Of a stretch of DNA of 64,000 bases, positions 20,359 through 30,361 are shown piece after piece. The first letter of the stretch is position 1; the number at the start of each line of letters is the position of its first letter. The position numbers were made by a program, and so were the translations under genes. The stretch is from Nocardioides sp. (GTDB lineage Bacteria > Actinomycetota > Actinomycetes > Propionibacteriales > Nocardioidaceae), in assembly GCA_020636915.1 (NCBI GenBank), contig JACJWV010000015.1, forward strand, positions 59,218 through 123,217, written 5' to 3'. A model generated the notes under the pieces. It ran no database searches. It saw nothing but the letters and a program-made list of their open reading frames with translations, and was not told where the DNA came from.

Positions 20359-21030
20359 TCACGGACACCACTCGGTGTCGTCGTGGGCGAACACCACCCG
20401 GCGCGGGTCGAAGGCCAGCAGCCGCGTCATCCACCCGGGCGCCGACGGGTCGGTGGCGCCGGTCGTGCTGGTCGCGGCGAGGTCGCGCGCCCAGGCGGCG
20501 GCGGAGTCATGGGACTGCCCGGCCAGCACGACGGAGCCGTCCTCGCACTCCACGACCAGCGACTGGTGGCCGTCGACGTGGCCGGGCGTCGGGACCACGT
20601 GCAGCCCCGGCAGCGGCTCGGCCTCGCCGTCGAGGAGCTCGTAGGAGCGGCCCTCGACCAGGTGGTCGAAGGTGTAGTCGCCGGCCCGCGCGGTGGCGAG
20701 CTCGCGGCGCTGGCACAGCACGGGCGTGCTGCCGAGCAGCGGGTTGCCGCCGCAGTGGTCGAAGTGCAGGTGGCAGTTGGCGACCAGGTCGAGGTCCTCC
20801 AGGCGTACGCCGACCCGGCCCAGCGCCTCGCGCAGGTCGGTGCGGCGGGGCTGGTACCAGGCCTCGGTCTCGTCGTCGCCACGGCCCATCCCGGTGTCGA
20901 GCAGCACCAGCCCCTGGTCGTGGCGGACCAGGTAGCCGTTGACGACCTCGGCGCGCGGCGGACCGCCGGTCTCCTCCGTCGGCCGGGTGAAGGTGCCGAG
21001 CGGCACCCGGACCACGTCAGCGGCCCGCAC
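20359..21030 (-). CDS. Metallo-beta-lactamase fold hydrolase (AHL-lactonase-like)
   Basis: HLHFDHCG (HxHxDH), TPGHVDGH, FAHD. Confidence 0.85.
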   Translation of the reverse strand: MRAADVVRVPLGTFTRPTEETGGPPRAEVVNGYLVRHDQGLVLLDTGMGRGDDETEAWYQPRRTDLREALGRVGVRLEDLDLVANCHLHFDHCGGNPLLGSTPVLCQRRELATARAGDYTFDHLVEGRSYELLDGEAEPLPGLHVVPTPGHVDGHQSLVVECEDGSVVLAGQSHDSAAAWARDLAATSTTGATDPSAPGWMTRLLAFDPRRVVFAHDDTEWCP

Positions 21031-21601
21031 GCCACTCCTCCTCCAGGAGGGCGTACCCGTACCCGTCGAGCCAGCCGCGGTCGCGGTGCAGCGACTCCTG
21101 GACGTTGTGCTCCTCGCGGCGCATGCCGACCCGCTCCATCAGCCGCCACGAGGCCACGTTGTCGGCGAAGCAGAGGGCCACGACCCGCCGCATGCCGAGG
21201 TCCTCGAAGCAGATGCGCAGCAGCTCGGTGACCGCCTCGGTCCCCAGCCCCTGGCCGGCGTGCGCCGGGTCGATGACCCAACCCAGCTCGGCCTGGCTGC
21301 CGCGGGCCCGGTCGGCCACCTCGGCCTGGGCCCAGGGGTCCCCGATCCGGAGCATCAGGTCGCCCACGACCGCGCCGTCCTGCTCGACCACCAAGGTGGT
21401 GGCCAGCCGGTCGGGGTCCAGGAAGGTCTCGGCGTACGCCGCACGATCGCCGGTCCGCTGCGTGAGCCACTCGGTGACCTCGGGCAGGCGGCGGAACGTC
21501 CAGGTCGCGTCGACGTCTCCGGGCTCGGCCGGGCGGATGGTGAGGCGCGCGGTGCGCACCGGCCAGGTGACGGCGCTCAGGTCCTGGGGCACGTCCACCA
21601 T
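21017..21601 (-). CDS. RimJ/RimL-type GNAT acetyltransferase
   Basis: RTARLTIR, AELGW, GQGLGTEA, NVASWRLMERVGM. Confidence 0.88.
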   Translation of the reverse strand: MVDVPQDLSAVTWPVRTARLTIRPAEPGDVDATWTFRRLPEVTEWLTQRTGDRAAYAETFLDPDRLATTLVVEQDGAVVGDLMLRIGDPWAQAEVADRARGSQAELGWVIDPAHAGQGLGTEAVTELLRICFEDLGMRRVVALCFADNVASWRLMERVGMRREEHNVQESLHRDRGWLDGYGYALLEEEWRAGR

Positions 21602-21660
21602 CCTGCCCTCCGGGACCCGCGCACGCAGGTCGGGGACGTTCGCGCGTCTCTCGACGGACG

Positions 21661-21957
21661 TCAGCCGGCGACGTACACCTTGCGCAGCGTCTCGGTGACG
21701 GTCCAGGTCGTGCGCTCCCCGGCCCGCAGGCGTACGGCGACGCCCGGTGCGAGCGCGACGACCTCGCCGTCGGCGAAGACGACCGTGCCGTGCCCGGCGA
21801 GGACGACGAACACCTCGTCGACCTCGGTGTCCTGCTCGGTCCCCGGCGTCATCTCCCACACGCCCACCTCGACCTCGCCGAGGTCGGCGAGCGGCAGCGT
21901 CCGGTCCGGGCCGAGCGCGGCCGTGAGGACGTCGGCGGCGAGCACCCGCCCGCTCAC
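21661..21957 (-). CDS. Cupin domain protein (DUF861/EutQ-like)
   Basis: GVWEMTPG, EVFVVLAG, WTVTETLRKVY; start overlaps the oxidoreductase stop. Confidence 0.82.
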   Translation of the reverse strand: MSGRVLAADVLTAALGPDRTLPLADLGEVEVGVWEMTPGTEQDTEVDEVFVVLAGHGTVVFADGEVVALAPGVAVRLRAGERTTWTVTETLRKVYVAG

Positions 21958-23366
21958 GAGTCGAACCCCAGGCCGGCGGCGTCGAGCGTCCGCAGGAAGG
22001 CGTTGCGCCGACCCTGGCGGTGGTCGGCGCGGTCGATGGACCAGCGGGTCAGCGCGATGCCGACGTCGGCGACGGGGGTCGGCGGGAACGGCAGGGGCAT
22101 CCTCCGCACCATCTCCAGCCGGGTCCGCTCGGTCTCCAGGCCCGAGAGGCGGTCGAGCATCACCTCGGCCGCGAACCGCGTCGCCCCGACGCCGAGCCCG
22201 GTGAAGCCCGCGGCGTAGGCCACCCGACCCCGTGCCGTCAGCCCGTGGAACGCCGCGAAGCGCGTCGAGGTGTCGATCGCGCCCGCCCACCGGTGGCTGA
22301 ACCGCACGTCCTCCAGCTGCGGGAAGACGACCAGGAAGTGGGCGGCGAGCCGGCGGAACGACGCCGGCCGCTCCTCGTGCGCGCCGCGGACCGAGCGCTT
22401 CGGGATGGCGTCGTACCCGCCCCAGAGGATGCGGTTGTCGGCGGTGAGGCGGGAGTAGTGGAACTGGTTGGCCAGGTCGCCGAGACCCTGTCGGTGCTGC
22501 CAGCCGATCGACGCCAGCTGCGCGTCGGTCAGCGGCTCGGTCATCAGCACGTAGTCGTAGACCGGGATCGTCAACGGCCGGGCCCGCCGCACCAGGGACG
22601 GGAAGACGTTGGTGCCGAGCGCGACGCGGTCGCTGGTCACGGCGCCGCCGGTCGTGCGGACCACCACGGGACCGCGGGTCGGGACGTCGAGGTCGACCAC
22701 GCGGGTGTGCTCGTGGACCTCGACGCCCAGCGCGGCGGCCGCCGTCGCCAGTCCGCGCGCGAGACGGGCGGGATGCACCAGGGCGCAGTCCTCCCGCTCC
22801 CAGTCGCCGGCGAGGAGGACCGGGCTGGCGATCTCGGCCCGGACCGCGTCCTGCTCCAAGAACCCCGGCGAGCCGCGCAGCCAGTCGACCTGGTGCTCCT
22901 CGACCGCGACCGAGAGCATGCCGGTGCGCTCGAGCTGGGCGTCGATGCCGAGCTCGCGGACGTCGGCCTCGAGGGCGTCGAGGTTGGCGCGGCCGAGGCG
23001 GGTGAGGTCGTCGTACTCCTCGGGCCAGCGGCTGCGGCCGTTCTCCTCGCCGTGCGTCAGGCTCGCCTCGCAGAACCCGCCGTTGCGCCCGGACGCCGCC
23101 CAGCCGACCGTGTTCGCCTCCAGCAGCACCACCCGCGCGCCGGGGTTGCGCCGCTTCGCGAGCACCGCGGTCCACAGCCCGCAGTAGCCGCCGCCGACCA
23201 CGGTCAGGTCGGCGGCGGCGTCCCGGGTCAGGGGCTCGTACGACGCACCGGGCGCGTCCTCCAGCCAGTGGATCGCGTGCCGGCTCGGTGCCAGCGCCGC
23301 GTCGACCAGGGCGCCCGGGGGCGCGAGGCGCTCGTAGACGGTCTGCCGGGTCCTACGACTGGACAT
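21954..23366 (-). CDS. FAD-dependent amine/amino-acid oxidoreductase (PuuB/DadA-like)
   Basis: VVGGGYCGL, ASGRNGG, GFTGLGVG. Confidence 0.88.
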   Translation of the reverse strand: MSSRRTRQTVYERLAPPGALVDAALAPSRHAIHWLEDAPGASYEPLTRDAAADLTVVGGGYCGLWTAVLAKRRNPGARVVLLEANTVGWAASGRNGGFCEASLTHGEENGRSRWPEEYDDLTRLGRANLDALEADVRELGIDAQLERTGMLSVAVEEHQVDWLRGSPGFLEQDAVRAEIASPVLLAGDWEREDCALVHPARLARGLATAAAALGVEVHEHTRVVDLDVPTRGPVVVRTTGGAVTSDRVALGTNVFPSLVRRARPLTIPVYDYVLMTEPLTDAQLASIGWQHRQGLGDLANQFHYSRLTADNRILWGGYDAIPKRSVRGAHEERPASFRRLAAHFLVVFPQLEDVRFSHRWAGAIDTSTRFAAFHGLTARGRVAYAAGFTGLGVGATRFAAEVMLDRLSGLETERTRLEMVRRMPLPFPPTPVADVGIALTRWSIDRADHRQGRRNAFLRTLDAAGLGFDS

Positions 23367-24660
23367 GGGCGTCGCCGGCCTTGAGCGCGTCGTCGAGGAT
23401 CGCCAGGCCCTCGCGGGCCTCCTCGTCGCTCATCGTGCACGGCGGCACCAGGTGGATCCGGTTGGTGTTCGAGAACGGCAGCAGCCCGGCGGACTTGCAC
23501 GCCGCGACCACCTCGTTGAGCGCGGCAGGCGGGAGCATCGCCTTGGTCGACCGGTCGGTGACCAGGTCGACCGCCCAGAAGGCGCCGACGCCGCGGACCT
23601 CACCGACGCAGGCGTGCCGCTCGGCGAGGTCGGCGAGGCCGGGGTCGAAGACGTCGCGCCCCAGGCGCTCGGCGTTCTCCACGATGCCCTCGTCGCGCAT
23701 CGTGTTGATCGTCGCGACGGCCGCGGCGGTGGCCAGCGGGTGGCCGGAGTAGGTCAGGCCGCCGGGGTAGGCGCGGTGCGCGAACGTCTCGGCGATCGGC
23801 TCGCTGATGATGACGCCGCCGAGCGGGACGTAGCCGGAGTTCACGCCCTTGGCGAAGGTGATCAGGTCGGGGACGACGTCGTACCGGTCGAGCGCGAGCC
23901 AGGCGCCGGCCCGGCCGAAGCCGGCCATCACCTCGTCGAGGATCATCACGATGCCGTGCTCGTCGCAGAGCGCCCGCACCCCCGCGAGGTAGCCCGGCGG
24001 TGGGGCGAAGATGCCGGCGGTGCCGGGGATCGTCTCGAGGATGATCGCGGCGAGGCTGTCGGGGCCCTCGGCCTCGATGGTGCGGCGCAGGTGCGCGAGC
24101 GCGCGCTCGCACTCCTCCTCCTCGGTCGTCGCGTGGAACTCCGACCGGTAGAGGAACGGCCCGAAGAAGTGCACGGTGCCGGCGGTCGCGGTGTCGTTGG
24201 CCCAGCGGCGCGGGTCGCCGGTCATGTTGATCGCGGTCTGGGTGCCGCCGTGGTAGCTGCGGTAGGTCGACAGCACCTTGAACCGGCCGGTGTGGAGGCG
24301 GGCCATCCGGACCGCGTGCTCGTTGGCGTCGGCGCCGCCGTTGGTGAAGAAGACCTTCTCGAACCCGTCGGGCGCGATCTCGCTGATCAGCCGCGCGGCC
24401 TCCGAGCGCTGGGCGTTCGCGAACTGCGGCGCCACCGTGCACAGCCGGTCGGCCTGCTCCTTGATGGCCGCGACCACGCGCGGGTGCTGGTGCCCGATGT
24501 TGGTGAAGACGAGCTGGCTGGAGAAGTCGAGGTAGCGGCGGTCCTCGTCGTCCCACACGTAGGAGCCGCGCGCCGCCGAGATCACCATCGGGCTGATCTC
24601 GGCCTGGGCGGACCAGGAGTGGAAGACGTGCTTGCGGTCCAGGTCGTAGGCGGTGCTCAT
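23353..24660 (-). CDS. Class III PLP aminotransferase (omega-amino acid type)
   Basis: YLDFSSQL, SYHG, DEVMAGFGR, TFAKG, TYSGHP. Confidence 0.92.
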   Translation of the reverse strand: MSTAYDLDRKHVFHSWSAQAEISPMVISAARGSYVWDDEDRRYLDFSSQLVFTNIGHQHPRVVAAIKEQADRLCTVAPQFANAQRSEAARLISEIAPDGFEKVFFTNGGADANEHAVRMARLHTGRFKVLSTYRSYHGGTQTAINMTGDPRRWANDTATAGTVHFFGPFLYRSEFHATTEEEECERALAHLRRTIEAEGPDSLAAIILETIPGTAGIFAPPPGYLAGVRALCDEHGIVMILDEVMAGFGRAGAWLALDRYDVVPDLITFAKGVNSGYVPLGGVIISEPIAETFAHRAYPGGLTYSGHPLATAAAVATINTMRDEGIVENAERLGRDVFDPGLADLAERHACVGEVRGVGAFWAVDLVTDRSTKAMLPPAALNEVVAACKSAGLLPFSNTNRIHLVPPCTMSDEEAREGLAILDDALKAGDAHVQS

Positions 24661-24686
24661 GGCTGCGGTCCTCTCGGGGGCGGTCC

Positions 24687-24773
24687 AGTTTCGTCGGCCG
24701 GCCGACGATTTCCGGGGCGGGACGACAAAGCTTCGTCGTCCCGACGCGAGTTTCGTCGGCCGGCCGACGAAAC
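24687..24773. repeat. Dispersed palindromic repeat family B, copy 1
   Basis: TCGTCGGCCGGCCGACGA palindrome, GGGACGAC/GTCGTCCC hairpin, second palindrome; copy 2 at 26408-26495. Confidence 0.85.
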
Positions 24774-24785
24774 CCGCCGGGCTGG

Positions 24786-26309
24786 TCAGTGGTTCTTGGG
24801 GAAGGCGAGCTCGAGGCCGCCGGCCGTGGCGGGGTCGGGCCACCGGGTGGTGACGACCTTGCCACGGGTGAAGAAGTGGACGCCCTCGACGCCGTGGGCG
24901 TGGGTGTCGCCGAAGAGCGAGGCCTTCCAGCCGCCGAAGGAGTAGTAGGCCATCGGCACCGGGATCGGCACGTTGACCCCGATCATGCCGACCTGCACGT
25001 CGGTCTCGAAGGCGCGCGCCGCGCCACCGTTGCTGGTGAAGATCGCGGTGCCGTTGCCGTAGCGGTTGGCGTTCACCAGGTCCAGCGCCTCCTGGTAGGT
25101 CCCGGCGCGGACGACGCTGAGGACCGGGCCGAAGATCTCGTCGGTGTAGACGCTCATCTCCGGGGTGACGTGGTCGAAGAGCGTCGGGCCGAGCCAGAAC
25201 CCGTCCGCCTCGCCGTCGGCGTCGACACTGCGCCCGTCCACGACGAGCGTCGCGCCCTCGCGCTCGCCCGCGTCGACGTACGACGCCACCTTGTCGCGGT
25301 GCACCTTCGTGACCAGCGGGCCCATGTCCGTCTCCCGCTCACCGTCACCGATCTTGAGGGTGGCGGTGCGTTCCTTGATCTTCTCGACCAGCGTGTCGCC
25401 GGTGTCGCCGACCGCGACGACGACGCTGATCGCCATGCAGCGCTCGCCGGCCGAGCCGTAGCCCGCGCTGACCGCGGCGTCCGCGGCGAGGTCGAGGTCG
25501 GCGTCGGGCAGCACCACCATGTGGTTCTTCGCGCCGCCGAGGGCCTGGACCCGCTTGCCGGCGCGGCTGGCGCGCTCGTAGACGTACTCCGCGATCGGGG
25601 TCGAGCCGACGAAGCTGATCGACGCCACGTCCGGGTGGTCGAGCAGGCCGTCGACGGCGACCTTGTCGCCCTGCAGGACGGTGAAGACGCCGTCGGGCAG
25701 GCCGGCCTCCTTCCACAGCTCGGCCATCCAGATCGCGGCCGAGGGGTCCTTCTCGCTCGGCTTGAGGACCACCGCGTTGCCGGCGGCGATCGCGATCGGG
25801 AAGAACCACATCGGCACCATCGCCGGGAAGTTGAACGGGCTGATGATGCCGACGACGCCCAGCGGCTGCCGGATGCTCTTGACGTCGACGCCGGTCGAGA
25901 CCTGCGGGGAGTTGCCGCCCTTGAGCAGGTGCGGGATGCCGCACGCGAACTCGACGACCTCCTGGCCGCGGGCGACCTCGCCGAGTGCGTCGGAGTGCAC
26001 CTTGCCGTGCTCGCTGGTGATGATCCGGGCCAGCTCCTCCTTGCGTTCGTTGAGGAGCTCGCGGAACCGGAAGACCACCTGGGTGCGCGCGCTGACCGAC
26101 GTGGTGCCCCAGTCGACCGCCGCCTTCCTGGCCGAGGCGACCGCAGCCTCGATCTCCTCCGGCCCGGCGAAGGCGACCCGAGCGGTCACCTGGCCGGTGG
26201 CGGGGTTCGTGACGTCGCCGGCGCGGGCGCCGTCCGCTGCCTGGGTGCTGCCGGGGTGGACCCGGCCGTCGATCCAGTGGCCGATGGTGCGCGGAGTGGT
26301 GGTCTGCAT
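24786..26309 (-). CDS. mmsA: CoA-acylating (methyl)malonate-semialdehyde dehydrogenase
   Basis: PFNFPAM, KPSEKDP, FVGST, GGAKNH, GERCMA, EIFGP, GVNVPIPVP. Confidence 0.92.
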   Translation of the reverse strand: MQTTTPRTIGHWIDGRVHPGSTQAADGARAGDVTNPATGQVTARVAFAGPEEIEAAVASARKAAVDWGTTSVSARTQVVFRFRELLNERKEELARIITSEHGKVHSDALGEVARGQEVVEFACGIPHLLKGGNSPQVSTGVDVKSIRQPLGVVGIISPFNFPAMVPMWFFPIAIAAGNAVVLKPSEKDPSAAIWMAELWKEAGLPDGVFTVLQGDKVAVDGLLDHPDVASISFVGSTPIAEYVYERASRAGKRVQALGGAKNHMVVLPDADLDLAADAAVSAGYGSAGERCMAISVVVAVGDTGDTLVEKIKERTATLKIGDGERETDMGPLVTKVHRDKVASYVDAGEREGATLVVDGRSVDADGEADGFWLGPTLFDHVTPEMSVYTDEIFGPVLSVVRAGTYQEALDLVNANRYGNGTAIFTSNGGAARAFETDVQVGMIGVNVPIPVPMAYYSFGGWKASLFGDTHAHGVEGVHFFTRGKVVTTRWPDPATAGGLELAFPKNH

Positions 26310-26407
26310 GACCCCATCGTGCCGCCTCCTGGGCGCCACGCACAGGAACAGATTGTCGTCGCTCGCCCTGAGAGGGGGACACTGTGTCGCTCAACCGTTC
26401 TCGGCCG

Positions 26408-26495
26408 AGTTTTGTCGGCCGGCCGACAAATTCCGGGGTGGGACGACAGAACTTCGTCGTCCCGGATCGGATTTCGTCGGCCGCCCGACGAAATC
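26408..26495. repeat. Dispersed palindromic repeat family B, copy 2
   Basis: Same three-hairpin layout and orientation as 24687-24773. Confidence 0.85.
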
Positions 26496-26548
26496 CCCCG
26501 ACCGCCCTCGGCCCCCCGGCTCCTCTGCCCCCAGCCCTGCCGAGCCGG

Positions 26549-28099
26549 TCAGTCTCGGACGAGCGAGCGCACCGCCTTCCGGTCGGTCTTGCCGACCGAG
26601 GTGAGCGGTACGGCGTCGACGATGACGACCTCGCGGGGGTACTTGTACCTCGCGAGCCGGCCACGGGCGAAGGCGACGAGCTCCTCCGGCGTCACGGACG
26701 CGTCCGCGCCGACCGACACGACGGCGACGACCTCCTCGCCGCTCTTCTCGTCGGGTCGTCCGACGACCGCGGCGGCGGTGACGGCGGGGTGGGCGAGCAG
26801 CACGTCCTCCACGTCGCGCGGGAAGACGTTGAAGCCGCCGCGGATGATCAGGTCCTTGGCGCGGTCGACGACGTAGAGGAAGCCGTCCTCGTCGACGTGA
26901 CCGATGTCGCCGGTGTGCAGCCACCCGTCGACGACCGTCTGCGCGGTCTGCTCCGGGTCCCGCCAGTAGCCCATCATCACGCCCGGCCCCGCGATGCAGA
27001 TCTCGCCGTCCTCGCCGGTGGCCACGGGCTGCCCCAGCGGGTCGAGGATCGCCAGCTCGACGTGCGGCGCGGGCTTGCCGACGCTGCCCGGACGGTTGGC
27101 GGCGAGGGTGGAGGCGGTGGCGATCGCCGTGCTCTCGGTGCACCCGTAGCCCTCGAGGATCGTGACGCCGAAGGCCTGTTCGACCCGCTCGCGCAGCGCC
27201 GGCAGCAGCGGTGCGCCGCCGGACCCGAACGACCTCAGCGAGCCCAGGTCGTAGTCGGCGTAGGGCAGGTCGAGCAGCATCTGCATCATCGACGGCACCA
27301 CCGGGCTGCTCTCCAGCCGGTGCTCCTGGACCAGCTCCAGCCAGCCCTGCGGGTCGAACCAGCGCTGCATCACCGACACGAACTGCTGGTCGGCGTGGAG
27401 CCCGGCGACCAGCACGTTGAGGCCGAACGCGTGCGAGAGCGGCAGGGGCAGCAGCGACCGGGTGGTGCCCATCGTCCGGGCGACGCCGTCCATGCCGCGG
27501 CCCGCGTGCCAGAGACCGTGGTGGCTGAGCATGACGCCCTTGGCCCGACCGGTGGTGCCGCCGGTGTAGAGCAGGGCCGCCATCTCGTGGTCGCCGCGCG
27601 CGACGATCTCGCCGGGCTCGTGCTCCTCGAGCGAGGCGAAGGCGACGGCGTCCACGCCCTCGGGCACGTCGCCGACCACGACCAGGGAGAGGTCGAGGCC
27701 CCCTGCGGCGTCGACGACCATCGGCAGCAGCTCGGGGCTGACGATCGCGGCCCGGGCCTCGGAGTTCTCCAGGATGTGGCGCAGCTCCGCGGGGGTCTGC
27801 AGGAAGATCACCGGCGTCACGACGGCGCCCGCCCGCCAGATCGCGTGGTAGGCGACGAAGACCTCCGAGGTGTTCATCGTCATCACGACCACGCGGTCAC
27901 CCGGCTCGACGCCCATCGCCGCCAGCCCGGTGGCCACCCGGCGCGCGCGGGACATGATCTCGCCCGAGGAGTGCCAGGTGCCCTCGAAGAGCAGCTGGTC
28001 GTAGTCGCCGAGCCGCTCCAGGGCGGCCTCGGCCAGCAGCGCGAGGTGGTGCGCCCCCGACCCCTGCCCCGACCCCTGGCCCGCCACCGTCCCGGTCAT
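26549..28099 (-). CDS. Acyl-CoA synthetase (AMP-binding, FadD-like)
   Basis: YTGGTTGRAKG, GYGCTE, WLHTGD, DRAKDLIIRGG, SVGK. Confidence 0.92.
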   Translation of the reverse strand: MTGTVAGQGSGQGSGAHHLALLAEAALERLGDYDQLLFEGTWHSSGEIMSRARRVATGLAAMGVEPGDRVVVMTMNTSEVFVAYHAIWRAGAVVTPVIFLQTPAELRHILENSEARAAIVSPELLPMVVDAAGGLDLSLVVVGDVPEGVDAVAFASLEEHEPGEIVARGDHEMAALLYTGGTTGRAKGVMLSHHGLWHAGRGMDGVARTMGTTRSLLPLPLSHAFGLNVLVAGLHADQQFVSVMQRWFDPQGWLELVQEHRLESSPVVPSMMQMLLDLPYADYDLGSLRSFGSGGAPLLPALRERVEQAFGVTILEGYGCTESTAIATASTLAANRPGSVGKPAPHVELAILDPLGQPVATGEDGEICIAGPGVMMGYWRDPEQTAQTVVDGWLHTGDIGHVDEDGFLYVVDRAKDLIIRGGFNVFPRDVEDVLLAHPAVTAAAVVGRPDEKSGEEVVAVVSVGADASVTPEELVAFARGRLARYKYPREVVIVDAVPLTSVGKTDRKAVRSLVRD

Positions 28100-29112
28100 C
28101 GCGCACCGGCCGCGGAGGGTACGGCGCCGGCCCGGTCGTCCGCGGCGGCCATCGCGAGCCGGGCGACCTCGTCGAAGGCGCCGATGTCGTCGCCCAGCAG
28201 CAGTCGGTCCACCTTGGCCCGTCGCCAGAACAGGTGGGCGTCGTGCTCCCAGGTGAACCCGATGCCGCCGTGGACCTGGATCAGCGTCTCGGCCGCCTGC
28301 TCGAGCGTGGTCGCCGCGGCCGCCTTCGCGGCGGCCGCGGCCAGGGGCAGCTCGTCGGGTGCCTGGTCGGCGGCCCAGGCGGCCCACCAGACCAGGGAGC
28401 GCAGCTGCTCGACGTGCACGTAGACGTCCACGAGCGCGTGCTTGACCGCCTGGTAGGACCCGATCGCGCGGCCGAAGGCCTGCCGCTCACGGGCGTACTC
28501 GACGCCGAGCTCGAGAGCGCGGCTCGCCGTCCCCAGTCCTTCGGCGGCGAGCACCACCCGGCCGACCCGCTCGGCGTGCTGCCAGCGCAGCAGGGCGTCG
28601 GACGCCACGACCGCGAGGTCGTCGGCCAGCGCGACGTCGCCGAGCCCGCGGGTCGGGTCGATCGGGTCCCGGACGCTCACCTGGCCGCCGCCGATCACCA
28701 CGTCGTCCCCGCGCAGCGCGAGGAACCGGTCGGCCCCGGCCGCGTCGAGCACCGGGCCCGGTCCGTCGGCCACGGCCACGGCGAGCGAGCCGTCGGCGAG
28801 GCCGGCCATCCGCTCGTCGCCCGTCAGCAGGACGGCGGCGCGGGCGTAGGTCACCAGGGACGGCCCCGCGAGGACCCGGCCCGCCTGCTCGGCGACCACG
28901 GCGAGGTCGAGCACCGACCCGCCGCCGCCACCGGCCCCCTCGGGCACGGTGATCGTCGCGAACCCGCTCTCCACCAGGGCGCCCCGGCCGGGCGCCACGT
29001 CGGCGCCCTCGTCCAGGGCGGCGCGAGCGACCGCGGGGGAGGCCGATCCGGAGAGGAAGTCCCGCGCGGCGGCGGCGAGGTCGCGCTGCTCGTCGTCCAG
29101 GTCGAAGTTCAT
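28096..29112 (-). CDS. Acyl-CoA dehydrogenase, short subunit
   Basis: RQAFGRAIGSYQAVKH, QVHGGIGFTWEH; 338 aa. Confidence 0.88.
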   Translation of the reverse strand: MNFDLDDEQRDLAAAARDFLSGSASPAVARAALDEGADVAPGRGALVESGFATITVPEGAGGGGGSVLDLAVVAEQAGRVLAGPSLVTYARAAVLLTGDERMAGLADGSLAVAVADGPGPVLDAAGADRFLALRGDDVVIGGGQVSVRDPIDPTRGLGDVALADDLAVVASDALLRWQHAERVGRVVLAAEGLGTASRALELGVEYARERQAFGRAIGSYQAVKHALVDVYVHVEQLRSLVWWAAWAADQAPDELPLAAAAAKAAAATTLEQAAETLIQVHGGIGFTWEHDAHLFWRRAKVDRLLLGDDIGAFDEVARLAMAAADDRAGAVPSAAGAR

Positions 29113-30347
29113 CGGCGCTCCTCTGCTGACGCACCCGCGGCCGCGAGGCTCTCCCTGAAGGTCATGCCCTTGTCGGCGCGCGGCTCGGGCGGGAGGCCGA
29201 GCACCCGCTCGCCGATGATGTTGCGCAGCACCTCGTCGGTGCCGCCCGCGATCGCCATGCCGGGCAGCACGGCCTGCAGGTCCTGCCAGGTCCGGACCCC
29301 GTCGGCGGTGGCGGCGTACGCCGCGTCGTCGCCCAGCACCCGCACGGCGAGGTCGGCGAGGTCGAGGGCGACCCGGGTGCCGGCGAGCTTGCCGGCGGAC
29401 GCCTCGGGACCGGGGAGCTCTCCCTTGCTGATCTTCGAGAGCTGGCGGTAGCCGGTGTAGCGGATCGCCAGCGAGTCGACGTACGCGCGGCCGAGCCGCT
29501 GGCGCGCGAGCGCCTGCCGGTCGGGGGAGAGGTCCGGGAGACGGGCGGCGACATGGCGGACGACGGCCGCCGCGCCGGGTCCGATCTCGGTGCCCCCGCC
29601 GCCGAGGGAGAGCCGCTCGCTCATCAGCGTCGTCAGCGCGACCCGCCAACCGTCGCCGACGTCGCCGAGCCGCTCGCTGTCGGGGATGACGACGTCGTCG
29701 AAGAAGACCTCGTTGAAGTCGGCTCCGCCACTCATCTGCCGCAGCGGCCGGACCGTCACCCCCGGGGCTCTCATGTCGACCACGAACATGGTCAGGCCCC
29801 GGTGCTTGGCGACGTCGGGGTCGGTGCGGGTGAGCAGGATGCCGTAGTCGGCGAGGTGGGCCAGCGTGGTCCACACCTTCTGCCCGGTCACCCGCCAGCT
29901 GCCGTCCTCGGCCTGCACCGCCCGGGTCCGCAGCGCCGCGAGGTCGCTGCCGGAGGCAGGCTCGCTGAACAGCTGGCACCACAGGTCGTCAGCGCGCAGC
30001 AGCCGCCGGAGGTAGCGCGACCGCTGGTCCTCGCTGCCGTGGTGGATGACCGTCGGGCCGCACATGCCGATGCCGATCAGGTTGATCGGACCGGGTACGT
30101 CGGCGCGCGCCATCTCCTGGTCCACGATGGCCTGCTGCATCGGCGTGCCGCCCTGGCCGCCCGCCTCGACCGGCCAGGTCACGCCGACCAGGCCGCCGTC
30201 GTACAGCAGGGCCTGGCGCTCGCGCGCGACCCGGTCGTCGGAGGTGCGCGGCCCGGAGCGGCGCCCGAGGTCGTCGCGGTGCTCCTCGAGGAAGGCGCGC
30301 ACCCGGGCGCGCCAGGCCGCCTCCTCCGGGGTGTCGTCGAAGTCCAT
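29109..30347 (-). CDS. Acyl-CoA dehydrogenase, long subunit
   Basis: WCQLFSEPASGSDLA, GQKVWTT, FNEVFFDDV, IAGGTDEVLRNIIGERVLGLP. Confidence 0.92.
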   Translation of the reverse strand: MDFDDTPEEAAWRARVRAFLEEHRDDLGRRSGPRTSDDRVARERQALLYDGGLVGVTWPVEAGGQGGTPMQQAIVDQEMARADVPGPINLIGIGMCGPTVIHHGSEDQRSRYLRRLLRADDLWCQLFSEPASGSDLAALRTRAVQAEDGSWRVTGQKVWTTLAHLADYGILLTRTDPDVAKHRGLTMFVVDMRAPGVTVRPLRQMSGGADFNEVFFDDVVIPDSERLGDVGDGWRVALTTLMSERLSLGGGGTEIGPGAAAVVRHVAARLPDLSPDRQALARQRLGRAYVDSLAIRYTGYRQLSKISKGELPGPEASAGKLAGTRVALDLADLAVRVLGDDAAYAATADGVRTWQDLQAVLPGMAIAGGTDEVLRNIIGERVLGLPPEPRADKGMTFRESLAAAGASAEERR

Positions 30348-30361
30348 GGTGTCCTTTCCGG

